DNA of 64,000 bases, taken from assembly GCF_006345805.1 (NCBI RefSeq), contig NC_043022.1, forward strand, positions 9,610,001-9,674,000. The letters run 5' to 3'. The notes under the pieces are model-generated. The model searched no databases. It saw only the letters and a program-made list of their open reading frames with translations, and was not told where the DNA came from. A program made the translations under genes and the position numbers. Positions 13,198 to 26,862 of this stretch are shown here, piece after piece; positions within the stretch are counted from its first letter, which is position 1; each line of letters begins with the position of its first letter. The DNA comes from Octopus sinensis. Taxonomy: Eukaryota.

Positions 13198-13449
13198 CAT
13201 TGGCTTCAAGTATGAAGCATTAAATACCACACACATAGACATATATATGTGTGTCTATATATATATATATGTGTATATATATATATATACACACACACAC
13301 ACATACATGTCTGTGTGTGTGTGTGACTATAAACACGTGTGTGTGTATATATTTGTCGGTGTGTACATAACACATATGGGGAGTGGATGTCTCTGGTTGC
13401 CGTACACATCTGTTCTATTTTGGTGTTATTCTTATATCGTTTTACTGGC

Positions 13450-13593
13450 ACAAAGCTAAGCAGGCCTTGCTGTCCACTCAAGAACACACACAGCAAATGA
13501 TCCCCAAGCACTCGAGCAATTTGTTCCCTTTGCCAGAATGTTTGCAAGACACCAGCAGGCGTCAAGAGACACATTCTTGTCCGTGGAACATGA
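13450..13593 (+). mobile_element. Possible LINE 3' end with C2H2-like finger
   Basis: Frame AICSLCQNVCKTPAGVKRHILVRGT* resembles the terminal zinc finger of RTE-type ORF2; short. Confidence 0.35.
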
Positions 13594-14205
13594 TTAATGC
13601 TCTATTTTACTGAACCTTCATTTGTCGTTCATGATGAGAGAATGCATCATATATGTATGTGTGTGTGTATATATATGGCAAATAGAGAGTGGGTGTCTAT
13701 GGTTACTGTATGCGTCTGTTTTATTTCTGTGTTACTCATATCCTTTTGCTGGATTCAGTCATTGGTGTCTGGCCATACTGGGGCAGCATGTTCAAAGGAT
13801 GTCATACCAAACCCCAGTACCATATATTCTGGTCAGGTATTTCATTGATCTCTATTTGTCGAACCACTAAGACACAAGGGGCAAATTGACGTAATGTAAA
13901 TGCAACACTGGTTAAAATTGAATCATGAAAATACCAGGTTAAAATTAACAGGAACAAGAAAAATGTGGTAGTAGTAGTAATAATAACCTTTTCTGCTAAA
14001 GGCACCAAGCCTGAAATTTTGTGGGAGAAATTAGAAATTTCAGAAATTAAATAACACCAACATATTCAGTAACAATAATAAATTTAATTTATCCTTGACA
14101 ATTTTTAGTTTTACCAATTTTGAATAGATCGCTCCTCTTTAAAACCTCTTACCTACTTGACAATTGCATTTCTAGCTCTACTTTGAAGGAAGCTTTACTT
14201 CTTGG

Positions 14206-14370
14206 ACTCACGTTTTTGTGCGCAACGATGTTGTTAAACCTCCATTTACAACACCGTATGCAGGTCCTTTCCATTTTCTTTCATGCACAGATAATTTTTC
14301 ACTATTGACCTTAATGGTCGTAAAGATACTATATCAGTGGATAGACTAAAAAAGGCCTTCATAGAGAAAA
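14206..14370 (+). mobile_element. Gypsy/Ty3 integrase C-terminal (GPY/F) remnant, frameshifted
   Basis: THVFVRNDVVKPPFTTPYAGPFP, then a one-base frameshift, then LSCTDNFFTIDLNGRKDTISVDRLKKAFIE. Confidence 0.75.
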
Positions 14371-15437
14371 CTGTCCATGTTCCTACTGCAGATAACACAC
14401 CCACAGCATTACAAACATGGCCTGCACATCCACCTTCACATTCCATGACTACTATTGGGATCGACCAGGTACTGGACAAGGATTCTAGTTTATTTTTCTT
14501 TCTTTGTTTTTTACGTAATTTTTGAGAGCGGTTGGGTTCATTTTTTAGTATTTTCATTTGTGAGAACTGTTGAGTTTATTTCAGATATTCTCATTTTTAA
14601 AAATCATCTTTGGCTAATCGTTGAGAGGACATTGGTGTTGCCTTGGTGGAAGTTTGTGCTCTCTGAGTGCTCTAGTTCACATTGCTTTGAATTAACCATG
14701 CATTATTTTGTAGCTTTGAGATTTTGATGAGCTAACTTTTTAACTTCTAGGATGGTATTGTAGGGTTGGTATGAGAGGCTGGGTGTGATCAGTTTCAACA
14801 TAAAACAGGCAGAATATTTTTTGTTGGATATGACTGGTTTAATTGCTAAAGGGTTAAACTAGCCATTTGCTCGTTTAAAAACCAGAAGTAGCAACTGGTT
14901 AAATACCTTGACCTAGAGACTTCCATTCCCTTAAATGCTTTACCTTTCATCCCTCCCACTGAAGTCCATTAAACATGAACTGCTCGCATACTGGAAGGGC
15001 AAGGTGTGTCATTGAGATCCTCTTCTACCTCCCACTCCAATCATTTCTGGTCTTGAATCAATATATAAGAAATCAATATTAGCCACTGTTGTGAATGTCA
15101 TTAACATTAATGTTGAAGAACAATGCCTGCCCCTGCCTCTTTTCCATGTGATACTACTACAAACCTCAGCAGAGATTAAATTCATTTCGTTTATGCTGCT
15201 GCTGCTGCTACCACTGCTGTTGGTGCAGGCATGGCTGTGTGGGTAAGATGCTCATTTTGCAAACACATGGTCTTGAGTTCAGTCTCACTGAGCAACACTT
15301 TCAGCAAGTGTCTTCTGCTCTAGTCACAAACTGACCAATGCCCTGTGAGTGAATTTTGCTGACAGAAACTGTGTGGAAGCCTGTTGTGTTATTATATATA
15401 TATGTGTGTGTGTGTGTTTGTGTGTGTATATATATAT

Positions 15438-15603
15438 AGGCACAGGTGTGGTAAGAAGCTAGCTTTCCAACCACGTGGCTCCGGGTTCAGTCCCACTGCG
15501 TGGCACCTTGGGCAAGTGTCTTCTACTATAGCCTTGTGCCGACCAAAGCCTCGTGAGTGGATTTGGTAGGTGGAAACTGAAAGAAGCCCGTTGTATATAT
15601 ATG

Positions 15604-15649
<46 letters not shown>

Positions 15650-15842
15650 TGTGTTTGTCCCCCCAACATTGCTTGACAACCGATGCTGGTGTGTTTACGT
15701 CATCATAACTTAGCAGTTCGGCAAAAGAGACAGATAGAATAAGTACTAGGCTTACAAAGAATAAGTCCTGGGATCGATTTGCTCAACTAAAGGCAGTGCT
15801 CCAGCATGGCCACAGTCAAATGATTGAAACAAGTAAAAGAGT
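15438..15842 (+). mobile_element. SINE family A
   Basis: Head, body, (CA)n and aagtaaaagag tail as in other copies. Confidence 0.85.
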
Positions 15843-16834
15843 ATATATAAAAATATAATGATAAGATTTTTTAAAACTTTGAATGGCTTTGGGGTCCCTC
15901 CTGAGTAAAATAGAAACTAAAGGGGTCCATTGTAAAAAAAATGTTTGAGAACCAGTTATGCATTTAAACTGACCATATCTGACCCTAATATTCTACTGGT
16001 TTTGTGGTCTAACTGGCCAGATCTGGCCTCTCATGTCTACCTTACAATGTTATTCTAAAAGTGAAAAAACAGCAGCAGCAGCACAGCAGTAGTAGTAGTA
16101 GTAGTGGTTGTGGCAGCTTGCTTGCCAAAATTCACAGCAGTGAGACCACAAACAAGTTTGGAACATTGCTAAAACAAAATAATCATCTGGCAATAAACTA
16201 ATTAAGACTGCCACAAATTAAGGTTATGTAACTTGGCAAAAAGGTTAGTGAGTGGAGGTGGGGAGACGAAATTGGTTAAAAAAAAAAATCTTCACTTAAC
16301 AAATGTATTTACAAACATCTCTGAGTGGTCTGCAAAACAAGTTCAGTACCACCCAGAAATTAGTGGGTGGAGAAGATAGATCAATAGGGATTTTTTTGGG
16401 ATCAATTGAAGTACCAGCCAAGTACAGGGGATTCATTTATTTGTCTATATATGTATTCCCTATTTTTGTCTTGAATTAATGTTAAAATCTATGTATGTTA
16501 ACATATAATGCTACATTTAATAAAGAAAAAAAGAACGACATAAATTTGATTAACACTTAAGCTTTTAACCTGTCGTTTACCTGGTCCAAATGTTCTGTTT
16601 CTTTCTTTTGTTGAAACCAATCAGATCTTGCCTTTCACTCCTACCCTACAATGTCATTCTAAAAATAAAGTCACTTCATCAAAATATCAAAACTACAAGG
16701 AAATGCACAATTAATTCAGAACAATGTGAATAGATAAGCACTGAATTTGACATCATTAATATAATTAACAAAGTCTCTGAAATTGCTTAGTATGTTTTTG
16801 TTCTTATGGTTTTTCATTTCTTTTTCTCTTCCAG

Positions 16835-16879
16835 ATAGTAGGACCTCACGCTGGTATCTATGAAGGCTACTATCTGCAA
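16835..16879 (+). CDS. eps15: eps15 coding exon (probably exon 2), 45 nt, [15 protein letters not shown]
   Basis: Acceptor tttttctcttccag, donor gtaagt. Resembles the N-terminal helix of EH1 (human LSSGNPVYEKYYRQ, recalled). Confidence 0.85.
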
Positions 16880-19800
16880 GTAAGTCTGAAATTATTATTA
16901 TTTTCTTGTTTTTTACCCATGCTGGTGTCGTGTAAAGCACCTTTCAAATGTTGGGCCTCATGGATGCAATGTGGCTGATGCTGTTGTCGCGTAACTAGCA
17001 CCTGTGCTGGTGGCACATAAAAAGCACCTTTCGTGTGTTGGGCCTCATGGAGTCAATAACAAATAATCGGGACCTTTGGCAATTTACCGTACCTGAGTAA
17101 AAGAACAAACAAACAAGTGAAATTGTAGTTGTGGCAGATACTGGTGGCATGTAAAACTACCCATTGCATTCACAGAGTGGCTGGCATTGGGACGAGCATC
17201 CAGCTGTAGAAACCATGCCAAATCAGACTGGAGTCTGGTGCAGCCTCTAAGCCCTGGTCAAACTGTCCAACCTCCAACCCATGCCAACATGGACAATGGA
17301 TTTCAAATGATGATGATGATGATACTTACTGTTGATATTAAATGTTTAACCACTTCATTTCATTGCCTGCTTGTGAGTAATGCTTCGGAAATACGCTTGC
17401 TTTACTGGCAGGTCCACCAGTGGCCACTGACTTACTGGGATCAAAGTAGTAATTGCTTTACTTTGCCAACCTTTTAGCATTTAAGCCAACCATGCCTGAC
17501 CGAAATATTCTGACAGTTTTATGTTTAAACCATCCAGATAAGATCTCTTATACCTACCCTATAATGTTATTCTAAAAATAAAGATGGAGGAAAGTTGTGG
17601 AAGAAGGTGACCCAAGAAGACATGGGATGAAGTATTGAAGGCCAATCTCAAAACAGTGAACTTTACAAAGATGTCAGAGCTCTGAGATATGTGGTGCCTT
17701 GCTGTCCTCAAGGAGACCCACCCACCATTACAGAATTTAGAATTGTGCCTGTTTTCACAGGCCCTTATCATTTCTTGAAACTCTTGTGAACTCACAATGA
17801 AACAACACACATTTGTGTGTGTGTATATATATATATATATACTAGACCAGGGGTGGGCAAACTACGGCCCGCGGGCCGCATGCGGCCCGCCGAGAGCTTT
17901 ATGAATCCCAATTCCAAAATCTAAAAAAATTTGCAAGAAAGATGTTTGTGTTGTTTGCATCAACTTACATATGTGAGTGGAGGCGCAATGGCCCAGTGGT
18001 TAGGGCAGCGGACTTGCGGTCGTAGGATCGCGGTTTCGATTCCCAGACCGGGCGTTGTGAGTGTTTATTGAGCGAAAACACCTAAAGCTCCACGAGGCTC
18101 CGGCAGGGATGTTGGTGATCCCTGCTGTACTCTTTCACCACAACTTTCTCTCACTCTTACTTCCTGTTTCTGTTGTACCTGTATTTCAAAAGGGCCGGCC
18201 TTGTCACTCTCTGTGTCATGCTGAATATCCCCGAGAACTACATTAAGGGTACACGTGTCTGTGGAGTGCTCAGCCACTTACACGTTAATTTCACAAGCAG
18301 GCTGTTCCGTTGATCGGATCAACTGGAACCCTCGTCGTCGTAACCGACGGAGTGCTTCCACATATGTGAGCAGACTTTCTCCATCATGAAAATTAACAAG
18401 GGGAAGAATCTATCACTTCTCACAGACTCAAATCTTCAGTCAGTGTTAAGAATCAGCACAAGCAACTTGACACCTAATTTTGACAAACTGGTAAATGACA
18501 GTAGACAGCTGCATCATTCTCATTGACATTGTTATTTACAGAGCCACTTTGTTTTTCAAATAAATGTTTCAGGTGACGTTTCTAATTTCAGATATCAATT
18601 CATATTAATAAACTGTTATTTCTCTTTAAAATCTTTTATTTTGGGTATCCTAGAATTTAAGTATAATATTCATCATGGTTGTCCATAATTTTAAGAGGTG
18701 GTTGTCCACAATTAGTGCAGATTTTACTAGGAAAATTCCGTTCCTGGCAATTTGTAAGCAATAACAGGCTGTCCAAAATAACCGAGGTTCCTGTAATAAT
18801 TTCAACTATAGGAGCAAATAACCGAAAAACATGAACCCGATACTCTAAAAAATAAATTAAATCACTTAAACCAGGAATATTTCACAAAATTTCCTTTCAA
18901 TCAATTGTGTGTTTATAGGTCTATAACCGCCTTTAAAAATATTTTCACTTGATTTTTATAAATGAGGCCCGCCAAGGTTCCAAAGACGCACTGTGCGGCC
19001 CGCGATCAAAAAAGTTCGCCCACCCCTGTACTAGACTACCTGTAACCCGTGGGTGGCACCTGGAAAGCCTGAGTTTCCCAGCAATGGAGTTTTATTATAT
19101 GGGTTTTTTTATCTTTTGCAGATTATTTTGCATGCTTTCAACGAATGTGACATTTAAATCATGTGTAAATGGCTCCTTTCCCCAGAAAAGGAAAGATATG
19201 GCTGCTATATCTTGCACGCCCTTCTACAACATAACAGGTATTTTGGCTCCTTTATCGCAAATAGCTGTTACATGGTAGCAGGGCTTGCAAGAAATAGCAA
19301 CCAAATCTTTGAAGCTGAGATGTGTTGAATGTACTCGAAAAAATTTTTATAATGGTATTCCCTTGGGATGATCTTTCGCTTTGACTCTCATAACTGTCGC
19401 TTTGACTCTCATCCAGATCAGCTGGTTTTGTTTGTCAATTTCCGTACAAAATTTTTATTTATTTACTGTTGATTTAAAATGAAAGAGAAGAGAAAGTGAA
19501 AGATGTATGAATGTGTATATGAAATGGACGTGTGTGTGTGTGTATGTGTGTGTGTGTGAGAGAGAGAGAGAGCCACTTACACAAGCATGAGAACACACAT
19601 GTTCACTCTCTCTCTTTCTCTCTCACACACACACATGTACATAAAAAAAGATGTATGCATATGTACTGATGTATGTATTTATACGACAACACGCCCTTTC
19701 AGTCACTCTCTCTCTCTCTTTCTCTCTCTTATCTCTCTTCCTCTCTCTCCCTTTCTCTCTCTCTCTCTCTCTCTCTCACATACGTCCATTTCATATACAT

Positions 19801-22800
19801 GTACATACATCTTTCACTTTCTCCTCTCTTTCACTTTAAAACAAAAGTAAATGAATAAAAAATTTTTATGGAAATTAATGAACTCCAGATGAAAAGCGAA
19901 AGATTACCATTTACTTGAAAATAATGAAAAAAAAACATCAAAATATTTTCTGTTTGAAGAAAGCTAAAATATAAATACTTACATTTCTGAAATCACATTC
20001 AGTTAAAAATATTTCTAAATGATTAAAATATTGTGTATGTCAAAAATTCAGCGTTTTTTTTTTATTTCTTAGACAGCACGAAGACTCTGAGTGTGTGGTG
20101 TATATATATATCACAGATAGCGAATGTGTGTTTGTGTTGATTGACATGCCATGACATTCATTATAAATGTGTGTATTCTGTATGTGTGTATGTGGGTTGA
20201 CATCATGAAAGCCATGTTTCTTTTTTGTCAAGAAATAACAAACAAAAATTGTGTTTAATCATTTTCATTAAATAGAGGTCCAAATATCACAAAAATTTGT
20301 ACTGCACTGCCGAAGATAAGTATGAAAGTAAATATGTAAAATAAATTAAGATAAAATATACTATTTCTGAGATACTTCAGTTACACACAAACATCCCTAG
20401 AGTTTTAGTATTGTATATAGTATTATATAGTATTATATATATATACACATAATACTATATCATGATGATGATGCTATAGTATTATATATATATATATACA
20501 TACACATGTATATCTATATACAGTGATAACTCGCAGTATGAGTTTAATTCGTTCCATGATTGAGTTTGTCTTATTATTTATTTCTTTTACAAATCCATTT
20601 TCCCTACTGAAATTAACTAAAATATAATTAATCTGTTCCAGCCCACCCCCAAAACCACTCAAAAACAATTTTTTATGGGTTTCAAAACAGAAATGGTGTA
20701 GTTACAGGTAAAATGACAATTATAAAAAGCAAGAATGCAAATGAAATATGTAAACAAGTTTTATTAACTGATTTACCTTAAAGATGGGAGGATTTGTGTG
20801 CTTGTACTGCAGATTTCCGCTCGTACTTTAAGACCAAAGTCTTGGCTCATACAAAAAATTACTCGTACGGCAAGGTTCTACTGTAGATACACACACATAC
20901 ATACACACTTGTATATATATCATCATCATCGTTTAACCTCCTCTCTCCATGTTACCATGAGTTGGACGGTTCAACAGAGATCTGGGAAGCCAGGAGGTTG
21001 CACCAGGCTCCAGTCTGATCTGGCAGTGTTTCTACAGCTGGATGCTCTTCCTAACGCCAACCACTCTATGGGTGCAGTGGGTCCTTTTTACGTTCTACTG
21101 GCACAGGGGCCAGAGGAGGCTGGCAACGTCCACGATCGCTTGGCACTTTTTACGTGCCACTGGCACAGACACCAGTCAATGCGGCGCTGGCATCGGCCAC
21201 TTTTGGATGGTGCTTTTTACGTGCCACCAGCACAGGTATTACAACTACAATTTCCATTTGATTTTTATTGTATATTATATATATATATATATTATTTAAT
21301 GTCACAATACATGTATTGAAGTGCTACTAATAGTTTCATATGGTGAAAGAACTCAAGCATATTCTTCAGGTGCAAACCGCATATCATAACGAACTAAAGA
21401 AATTGAACAGTAGAAGAAATGTGAAATAAACTGAGAAGGCAGTATATAGTAGCAGTTTAATACATAATGACCTTCAGTAATATTTATCTCTCACCAGATG
21501 GAGTACTTTTTTCATTGAATTTACTTTACGAACCAGTATATTTTATATATAGAGAAAGTAAGAAGAAAAAAGCAAAAATGCACATTGAATATCAAAAAAA
21601 TAAAGGCTTTTTTTTTATGAAAAGTGGCGAAAAATAGATACAATTAGATGAACTGAGATAGAAATAAGAGGAATTAAATTCATTATTTTGAATTGTTAAA
21701 GAGATTCAAAGTCAAACCGGTGTCATCATTGCTATTCACTAGCATATATATATGGAACAATAGGTGGTTCATCAACTTTTGGACATTAAATTATGTTAAC
21801 TTATTTATTTATTAAACTGATAAACTGATAATTATAACATATATACATATAGCATATTATTCTTTACATATAAGATATAAAATATAGTAATATATATATA
21901 TATATGGAGGCACAATGGCCCAGTGGTTAGGGCAGTGGACTCGTGGTCGTAGGATCGCGGTTTCGATTCCCAGACTGGGCGTTGTGAGTGTTTATTGAGC
22001 GAAAACACCTAAAAGCTCCACGAGGCTCCAGCAGGGGGTGGTGATCCCTGCTGTACTCTTTCACCACTCTTTCTCCCACTCTTCCTTCTGTTGGCCTGCT
22101 CGCTTAGCCAGTGGGGTGGCGTCATTCAAAAGCTAAAACAATGCAAACGGATTGTGACCAGCGATGTGTAACAACATCTGATGGTCTGGTTGATCACGTG
22201 ATATATATATACATATCAATAATAACAAAAGGTAAAATTAATTAATTAAGAAGTAATCAATAATTTCACCAAGTAGAATTCGGCATGAAAAAGGACCATT
22301 TCACGGTAAACTTAAGTGATTCTTTATAATTAGGGTTCAGCAAAGATTTGCTTTACTACATACCGAAGTTTAGAAATAGCAGCCAAAAAACGTTAGCTAT
22401 TTCTTCTACTTTAAAAAGGGACTCCCAGAAAAATCAAAGTACTTGAAAACAATCCACACAGGCAGAGAGGAAAGATAACGAAAATCAATCAATATCTGGT
22501 CAACCATGTACGCGCGTTTCGGAATTAGATAGGTATGAAGAATATAGAATTAAACTTCGGTATGTGGTAAAGCAAATCTTTGCTGAACCCCAGTTATAAA
22601 GTGTATATATATATATATATATATCACATGATCACGTGACCGACCAGACCATCAGATGTTGTTACACATCGCTGGTCACAATGCGTTCGCATTGTTTTAG
22701 CCTTTGAATGACGCCACCCCGCTGGCTAAGCGAGCAGGCCAACAGAAGGAAGAGTGGTGAAAGAGTACAGCAGGGATCACCACCCCTTGCTGGAGCCTCG

Positions 22801-22911
22801 TGGAGCTTTTAGGTGTTTTCGCTCAATAAACACACAATGCCGGTCTGGGAATTGAAACCGCAATCCTGCGACCGCGAGTCCGCTGCCCTAACCACTAGGC
22901 CATTGCGCCTC

Positions 22912-23009
<98 letters not shown>

Positions 23010-23660
23010 ATAGATCTCTGGGACGTAGTCAGTCCACCTGTGCATACCTTCCTTCTTGTGGCACTTGTGAAGACCTGTTGAGACAAGTGAAAATCAAAAC
23101 AAATCAAAGTAGATGAACATCAATGGAATTTGTATCTTTGTGGTACCAGTGCCGGTGGCACGTGGCACATAAGAAAACCATCCGAACGTGGCCGTAGCCA
23201 GTACCGCATCGACTGGCCTCCGTGCTGTGGGCACGTAACAAGCACCATCCGATCGTGGCCGTTTGCCAGCCTCATCTGGCACCGTGTCGGTGGCACATAA
23301 AACACCATCCGAGCGTGGCCGTCTGCCAGCCTCGTCTGGCACCTGTGTCGGTGGCACAAAAAAAACACCATCCGAGCGTGGCCGTCTGCCAGCCTCGTCT
23401 GGCACCTGTGTCGGTGGCACATAAAAAACACCATCCGAGCGTGGCCGTTTGCCAGCCTCGTCTGGCACCTGTGTCGGTGGCACATAAAATCACCCCTACA
23501 CTCTCGGAGTGGTTGGCGTTAGGAAGGGCATCCAGCTGTAGAAACACTGCCAGATCTGACTGGACTGGTGCAGCTTTCGGGCTCCCCAGACCCCAGTTGA
23601 ACCGTCCAACCCATGCTAGCATGGAAAGCGGACGTTAAATGATGATGATGATGATGATGA

Positions 23661-23695
<35 letters not shown>

Positions 23696-24825
23696 ATTTT
23701 TTATTTTTTTTCAATGGGCTTCTTTCAGTTACTGTCTTCCAAATCCACTCAAGGCTTTGGTAAGCCTGGGGCTATAATTGAAAACACTTGCTCAACATGC
23801 TATGCTGTGGGACTGAACACAAGAACACCTGGTTGGGAAGTAAGTTTCTCAACCGCAGCCATGACGTGCCTGGTATATTCATACATTCTTACATGAAATC
23901 TATTTATTTCCCTCTTGGCATTCACCACTTGCTTGATCTGTTGCCAATTTATGCATATTGTCGAAGCAATTGCATTGTTTATTCGTTTCAATAGCTCCGT
24001 ACTCCCACTCTGAACCACTCTACCATAATGGAATAGAGATATTGGAAATGAACAGCTAGCCAGGTATCGGAAGTTGTTCTTGTATAACCCCAGGCAAACC
24101 ATGGTTGAGCAGATCTCGAGGATCATAAGTGTTCTAGCTGTAATCATTGTATATATATAATATTTTTTATCTTTTACTTGTTTTGATCATTAGACTGTGG
24201 CCATGCTGGGGCACCACCTTGAAGAATTTTTGGTTGAATGAATTGTCCCCAGGACTTATTTTTATTTATTTTTTTAAGATTGGTATTTATTCTATCAGCC
24301 TTCTTGGCGAAACTTCTAAGTTATAGGGATGTAAACACACCAACCCTAGTTATGTAGCTGTGGTGGAGGACAAACACAAACACTAAGATATGCACACACA
24401 TATATACGATGGGCTTCTTTCAGTTTCCGTCTACCAAATCCATTCACAAGGCTTTGGGCAGTCCAAGGCTACAGTAGAAGACACTTGCCCAAGGTGCCAC
24501 ACTGGGACTGAACCCGGAACCATGTGGTTGGGAAGCAAGTTTCTTACTACACAGCCATGCCTCGCTGACATTCTTTTATTCATATGCTTGTTTCAGTTAT
24601 ATGACTGTGGCCATGCTGGAGCACCATCTTAAAGGGTTTTTAGTTGAAGAAATCGATCCCAGGACTTAATCTTTGTGAGCCTAGTAGTTATTTTATTGGT
24701 CTATTTTGCCAAACCACTATGATACAGGAATACAAACACACCAGCATCGGTTGTCAGGCGATGGTGGGGGGACAGACACAGACTCAAAGACACACACACA
24801 CACACATAAATATATACAGACATAG

Positions 24826-24886
<61 letters not shown>

Positions 24887-26461
24887 ATACATACACACAC
24901 ACACACACACAACAGGCTTGTTTCAGTTTCTGTCTACCAAATCTACTCATAAGGCTTTGGTTGGTCTGAGGCTATAGCAGAAAACACTTGCTCAAGGTGC
25001 CACGCAGTGGGAGTGTATCCAGAACCATGTGGTTGGGAAGCAAGCTTCTTACCACACAGCCATGCCTGTATATCTATCTTTTACATGTTTCACTCATTAA
25101 ACTGTGGCCATGCTGAAGCACTGTCTTGAAGGGTTTGGCTGAATATATTGATGTCAGTATTTACATTTTTTAAAGTCTCATATTTATTCAATTGGTCTCT
25201 TTTGCTGAATGATTTAGTTTCAAGGATGTAAACAAACTAACACTGGTTGTCAAGCAGTGGTGGGGAGAAACACGACACCAAGCCATACACACTCACAAAT
25301 ACACACACACACACACCACACACACACACACACACAAACACACACGTGTACAAATACACACACTCGTACAAATACACACACACACACACACGTAGAAATA
25401 CACAAATACACACATACACACATACTCATACACACATAGATAATATACTTCCTTCAGTATTCATCTACCAGTTCCAGTCTCAAGGCTTTTACCAGCCTAG
25501 GGCTATAGAAGTCGCTTGATCCAAAGTGCTGCACAGTGAGACTGAACCCAAGACCACATAGCTGGAAAGCAAGCATGGCCACCCACACCTGGACCTGCAT
25601 TTAAAGAAAAACAAAATTAATCACATTTTTTCAAAATTAGCATCTCGTAGCCATTTGCGATTTAAAATATCCGAGGAATTTCAGATATTTTGCCAAGAAT
25701 TTGTAGCGTAGTAGTGGGGTGATGTGGGTATTGGTCGACTCTGATGAAATTTTACAACGAAGAATTAAATTCCCTTTCCCATGGGGTTACTCATTGTATG
25801 GAAAGAATGAATGAAAATTATCGTTCTTTTGGCCTTCAGTGTCAAAGATGACCAAGACTTGACTTATGGTTAGTCTGGAGTTGGTTGTTAGAGGATATCT
25901 CTGCCTGGAATCCTTTCCTGCTTACAGAGCTTGTTTGTGTTGGTGTGTTTCGTTATTCTCTCTCTCCCTCCCTCCCTCCTCCCTATCTTCATACCCACAC
26001 CCCTATTTGTATATATAGGTTAAACTAGTAAGGAAAGGCATACAATTAATCAAGGCTCTACTACTTTAACCTATACCTACTGACTGGAAGGGAAGCCACC
26101 ATTAACTGTTTTTGAACAAGACATTAACACAACCACAACTTCAATTGCTGTGCTAACTGGAATTTTGGTGGCACACCTATTTGAGCACCCAGGACGCATA
26201 CCTATTAGCTTGAGTCATCTTGACCTAAACTCTTCATATCCTTCATACTTATATATTTACATATATATAAATATGTATGTACTGTATTTTAACGTGTATA
26301 AGGAACCCTTTTTTGTCAAAAATTAGGTTAAAAATATGAGTTTCTTATACATGGATAGTATTATAATGCCTTACAAAACCTTTTTCCAAATTTTAAACCC
26401 CAAAATTAGGGAGTTCCTTATATAGAGGGTTTCTTATATACGTTAAAATACAGTATATGTG

Positions 26462-26507
<46 letters not shown>

Positions 26508-26798
26508 ATACAAAATGGGACAAGAACGTAAAACATCTGGACAACTAGGTGATACAAAAAGGGACGACAAAACATCTAGATAGACGATAAAAAGAAATGG
26601 ACAGGTCATTTGAAGCCTTTTATCTTCAGTCAAGAACCGGATTGGTTTCAAATGACCCGTCCATTTTTTGGGATCATCTATCTGGATATTTTGTTGTCCC
26701 TTTTTGTATCACCTAGTTGTCTGGATGTTTTGCGTTCTTGTCCCATTTTGTATTTTATTTTTTATATATATATATAGAGTGGCATTCGTACACTTTGT

Positions 26799-26862
<64 letters not shown>

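Noticed and set aside
1-16834. eps15 start exon or promoter
   Set aside because: I found no ATG-initiated short exon with a good donor resembling the EPS15 N-terminus and no CpG-rich promoter-like block. It is probably upstream of the window.
17978-18050. tRNA genes at SINE heads (also 21905, 56422)
   Set aside because: A and B boxes are present, but the sequence runs into SINE bodies with TSDs and I could not form a complete cloverleaf.
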